Of a stretch of DNA of 64,000 nt, positions 60,552-64,000 are shown one piece after another. This DNA comes from Felis catus. Taxonomy: Eukaryota. The stretch covers positions 227,354,001 to 227,418,000 of the forward strand of contig NC_058368.1 in assembly GCF_018350175.1 (NCBI RefSeq). The letters run 5' to 3'. A program made the translations under genes and the position numbers. The notes beneath the pieces are model-generated. The model did not search any database, was not told the DNA's origin, and saw only the letters and a list, made by a program, of their open reading frames with translations. The first letter of the stretch is position 1, and every line of letters starts with the position of its first letter.

Positions 60552-62214
60552 CCTCTTTGGGATTCATTAAGGTTTGTAGATCCATGGGTTCATAGTGTTT
60601 GTTAAATTTGGAATTTTTTCAGCCATTGTTTCTTCAGATATTTTTCTGTCCCTTTCTCCTCCCTACCACTAAATCACAGTGTTCTGGGATGTCAGTTACA
60701 CATACCATAAACCACTTGATATTATCCCCAGGTCACTGAGGCCTCATTTATTTTTTTCCATCTTTTTTTCTCTGTTGCAGATTGAATTGTTTGTATTGCT
60801 ACATCTTCAGGTTTGCTGATCCTTTCTTTTCCCATGTCTCAGCTGCAGTTAATCTCATCCAGTGTATTTTTTTTTTCATTTCAAATATTTTAATTGTTAT
60901 CTCTATAATTTCCATTTGGTTCCTTTTATATCTTCACACACTCTCTCCATTCTATTCATATTAAAGATCCATACACATAGGGTATTTATAATAGGTATTT
61001 CAAAGTTTTGTGTACTAATTCCACCATCTCTGTCATTGGTGGATCTTTTTCTATTGACTTTTTTTTCCTCCTGGTTATGGGTCACATTTTCCTGATTCTT
61101 GGCACGTCCAGGAATTTTTTACTGGAGGCTGAATGTTGAGTTGTTAGGTTATTGAGTATGTGAACTTTGCTATCTTTCTTTGAAGAACATTGGCTTTGTT
61201 CTGAAAGAAAGTTACGCTATTGGAAGGTCAGATGGGTTTGATCTTTTCATGGCTTTTTAAAAAACTGTTACAGGGTAGGTCTGCGGTTGCCTCAATTCAG
61301 AGCTAGTTTAGCCCTAGTACTAAGGTGTGACCCTCTGGGTTTCTTGAATAGTCAATTTGGAAGCTGATTTTCTTGAAAGCATAATGTTGGAAGATCCCTG
61401 GCCTGACCTTGGGAAGAGATTCACAAAATCCTTCCTTCACTATGGCAAGCTTGAAACCAAAGCGTTCTGAGGAGGGAACATGGGATATGTGGTCGGCTGC
61501 AGGTGCACAGAAGAACCAAGCCAACGGCCGGATGCTGAGAAACATTTAGAATGCTCCCATAATGATAAGTGGCTGTCAGGTACTCAATCATTAATCACAA
61601 GGACAGCAGTTCAGTGTGATAATTGGTTCTCTCTGTATACAAGGATTTAATAGCTTTCTTGCCTGCCACATAGATGATGCTGACCCTCCCAGCCTCTGTT
61701 AGTAGACAATGGTACTTAAAGATTGTGTTAATCTAACTGTGCATCTCCTTAGGACCATCAGTCTACAAATAGGAACTTTGAGGCATTATTACAATTTTGA
61801 AAAGGTTGTCCCTCATCATGTGTCTTTGCTTACATTCCTAAACTATATAAACCTCTTTAAATGGTTTTATGTGGAGAGATTCTTTTCCAGTTAATATTTA
61901 AAGATGTTTATTTTGTTTCATCCACTTGAAAATGCCTTTGGTTATAACTCTTCATCACTGCCCCTTGTTCAACATAAAAACAGATATAAAAAAAATGGAA
62001 GCTTCTCAATATGTGTGCCAGTTTAAGTTTCCACCGGTGTCTAAGAGATCCTGGCATGGTCAAGACAGTTCTCCATCCTAGCAAGGTGCTGCCTGAGGCT
62101 TGTGATGTGCATACAGCTGGGCAAAGCAAGGCTCTGTGTCCACCAGGGGCTTGAGCTCACGACCTCAAGATCAAGAGTTGCATGCTCTATAGACTGAGCC
62201 AGTCAGAATCATTT

Positions 62215-62652
62215 TCTACCCTGGTCTGCACCCTAGGAAATGGGGCCCAGGGCACTACTTTGTCCTTATTCTCTTGCCCTTTGGCTGCAGGTTGGGTTTA
62301 GCCAATGGGAGATGCCAGTAGGAGATGGAAGGGCAGGACGAGAGATGACAGTCTGGGATGTGTCTTCTCACTGTCCCCTTGCCTCTGCTCCTCCAGGACT
62401 ACAGCTCCTGCTGGCCAGTCCCCTCTAAGTCTGCAGCCCTCTCTGGGCTCCATTACCTTCATTTTCTCCCTTTGTCTTTTTGGCTGTGATGACAGTAACA
62501 GCTTCATGCCAGGGCTGGTTCCTGGGTGCCTCAGCAGCTTTTGTCGGTTCCCTTAACCTTACCGGCATCTCTGTAAACCATCCTTCACTAAATGGCTCTT
62601 CATTTGAACCATCAAGTGAATGCTGTTTCTTTCCAGAATTCTGACTAATACA
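62215..62652 (+). mobile_element. ERV-L class LTR (LTR33-like)
   Basis: cttgccctttggctgcaggttgggtttagccaatgggag..ggagatggaagggcagga; ends ctgactaataca. Confidence 0.65.
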
Positions 62653-62767
62653 CACGTTAAGTGAAAAGAGACAAATACAAAGCTTTGTATAGACCAAAAC
62701 AAAACAAAACACCCAAAAAACAAACAAACAAAAACACCTAAAACTGACATGGAAAGTCTCATTATCT

Positions 62768-63289
62768 GGGGGCGCCTGGGTGGCTCAGTTGGTTAAGTGT
62801 CTGACTTCAGCTCAGGTCGTGATCTCATGGTTCATGAGTTGGAGCCCCACATCAGGCTCTGCGCTGACAGCTCAGAGCCTGGAGCCTGCCTCGGATTCTG
62901 TGTGTGTGTCTCTCTCTCTCTCTCTGCCGCTCCCCTGCTCATGCTCTGTCTCTTCCAAAAATAAATAAATATTTAAAAGTTTTAAAAAAAGAAAGTCTAA
63001 TTATCCGGAGGTCGTTTAGGAATAAAGTAAGGAAGATGGTTTGCAATCATTTGAAACTATTCCACCATTTCTATTTTTTTGTTGTTTAATTTTTTTAATG
63101 TTTACTTATTTTTGAGATAGAGTGTGCGTGGGGGAGGGGCAGAGAGAGAGAGGGAGACACAGAATCTGAAGCAGGCTCCAGGGTCTGACCTATCAGCACG
63201 GAGCCCGACGTGGGGCTCGAACTCGGGAACAGCGAGATCACGACCTAGACTGAAGTCGGATGCTTAACTGACTGAGCCACCCAGGCACC
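62768..63289. mobile_element. Tail-to-tail CAN-SINE pair (+ 62768-62990, - 63085-63289)
   Basis: Both have head, CT tract and tail. Confidence 0.88.
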
Positions 63290-63652
63290 GCTATTTATTT
63301 TTCTTGAGCTGGAGTAAGTAACTCTGCGTACATAATAGGTAACTATGGGAATAGCACCATCAATATCTATTTTATAAGGTACCAACTTCCAACTTCGTGG
63401 AAATTTACTACTCGTGGCACAAGGAGAACAACACATTAAGGAAGTCGTCAAGGAACCTGGAGGAAGTAGACAAGGCTTCTTCCCACATGGGTATTCAACT
63501 TGGCGACTGAGGTCATTAGAATAAAGCTTTAAGTCTGACTACTTTCGTTACTATGGCTTTCTTAGCATTTGTAAGCGCATTTATACATTCCATTAGGTCT
63601 CGATGATCATTAACTTGTAAGAAATATTTCCTCTTCCCTGTATGTATTTTCA

Positions 63653-63807
63653 TTTTTTTTAAATGAAGCATAGTTGACATACAATGTTATATTAGTCACG
63701 AGTGTAGACCATAGTGATTTCACAATTCTGCACATCACCCAGTGTTCACCGTGATACGTGCAGTTATCATCAGTCACCATACGTCAGTACAGTATTATTG
63801 GCCAGAG
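63653..63807 (-). mobile_element. L1 3' terminal fragment (carnivore/L1MA9-like) fused to the U6 copy
   Basis: T-run then tagttgacatacaatgttatattag...catagtgatt...gtcaccatac...tattattg, typical of an antisense L1 3' UTR end. Confidence 0.8.
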
Positions 63808-63910
63808 AAAAATATGGACATTTCATGAATTTGCACATCATCCTCATGCAGGGGCCACACTAATCTTCTCTGTATCGTTCCAGTTTTCGTACATGTGCTT
63901 GCTGAAGCAC
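63808..63910 (-). pseudogene. U6 snRNA retropseudogene, near full length
   Basis: Reverse complement aligns to U6: GTGC..GCACATGTACGAAAACTGGAACGATACAGAGAAGATTAGTGTGGCCCCTGCATGAGGATGATGTGCAAATTCATGAAATGTCCATATTTTT. ACAGAGA box intact, AGC triad mutated, CpG decay. Confidence 0.95.
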
Positions 63911-63919
63911 TTTCTTTCT

Positions 63920-64000
<81 letters not shown>
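63911..64000. repeat. (TTTC)n(TC)n compound microsatellite
   Basis: Read directly. Confidence 0.95.

Larger units (their letters stand above)
59200..61345 (-). mobile_element. Old L1 (L1MC/ME-like) fragment with nested SINEs (+ 59359-59580, - 59899-60098, - 60165-60269) and (TG)n
   Basis: T-rich antisense L1 motifs (tgtgtagatccaagtttt..ttttcttctgcctaaagaa; agagatttttgctggatatagaatt; tctgagaagaaatctgct). Confidence 0.72.

Noticed and set aside
4387-63289. tRNA genes or CRISPR-like arrays
   Set aside because: The tRNA-like A/B boxes are all CAN-SINE heads followed by CT tracts and A tails. There is no regular repeat-spacer structure, and the DNA is eukaryotic.
247-63451. The many 60-200 aa ORFs in the six-frame track outside the OTULIN exons
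   Set aside because: They are SINE, L1 or LTR translations (recurrent MAQSVKRPT.., ERERQS..), antisense shadows of real exons, or chance GC-rich frames. None resembles a protein family except the L1 and ERV remnants listed.
63808-63910. Functional U6 gene
   Set aside because: AGC catalytic triad is mutated, the 5' stem has indels, a microsatellite lies where PSE/TATA should be, and it is fused to L1.
31000-64000. Exons of the upstream paralog OTULINL (FAM105A)
   Set aside because: No OTU-like coding segment found; it probably lies beyond the window.

Overview
This is mammalian genomic DNA, most likely from a felid, judged by young SINEC_Fc-type CAN-SINEs and a young carnivore-type L1 3' end. 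The left half holds the complete 7-exon coding region of OTULIN (FAM105B), the Met1-linear-ubiquitin deubiquitinase, on the minus strand. The ATG is at 30256 and the TGA at 3624-3626; exons are 176/77/95/144/126/270/195 nt with all introns GT-AG, giving 1083 nt and 360 aa. The catalytic Cys/His/Asn and the C-terminal ETSL PDZ ligand are intact, a CpG-island promoter lies at about 29.85-30.95 kb, and 1-3623 is probably 3' UTR. The right 33 kb is repeat-dense intergenic DNA: about 40 CAN-SINEs across the window, L1 fragments, MaLR/ERV-L LTRs, a decayed ERV-L gag-pro-pol, hAT and Tigger fossils, three N gaps, and a U6 snRNA retrocopy fused to an L1 3' end. I see no evidence of a wholly new biological system. 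The best leads are (1) changes in the OTULIN regulatory N-terminus: Ala->Asp in the HOIP-binding PIM, an 8-aa insertion, and Asp->Glu at the human caspase site; (2) the U6/L1 chimeric retrogene; (3) an inverted templated insertion flanked by a direct duplication in the ERV-L relic; (4) two kappaB-consensus sites upstream of OTULIN. Human, mouse and repeat-consensus comparisons are from memory, not database searches. Repeat boundaries and subfamily names are approximate.
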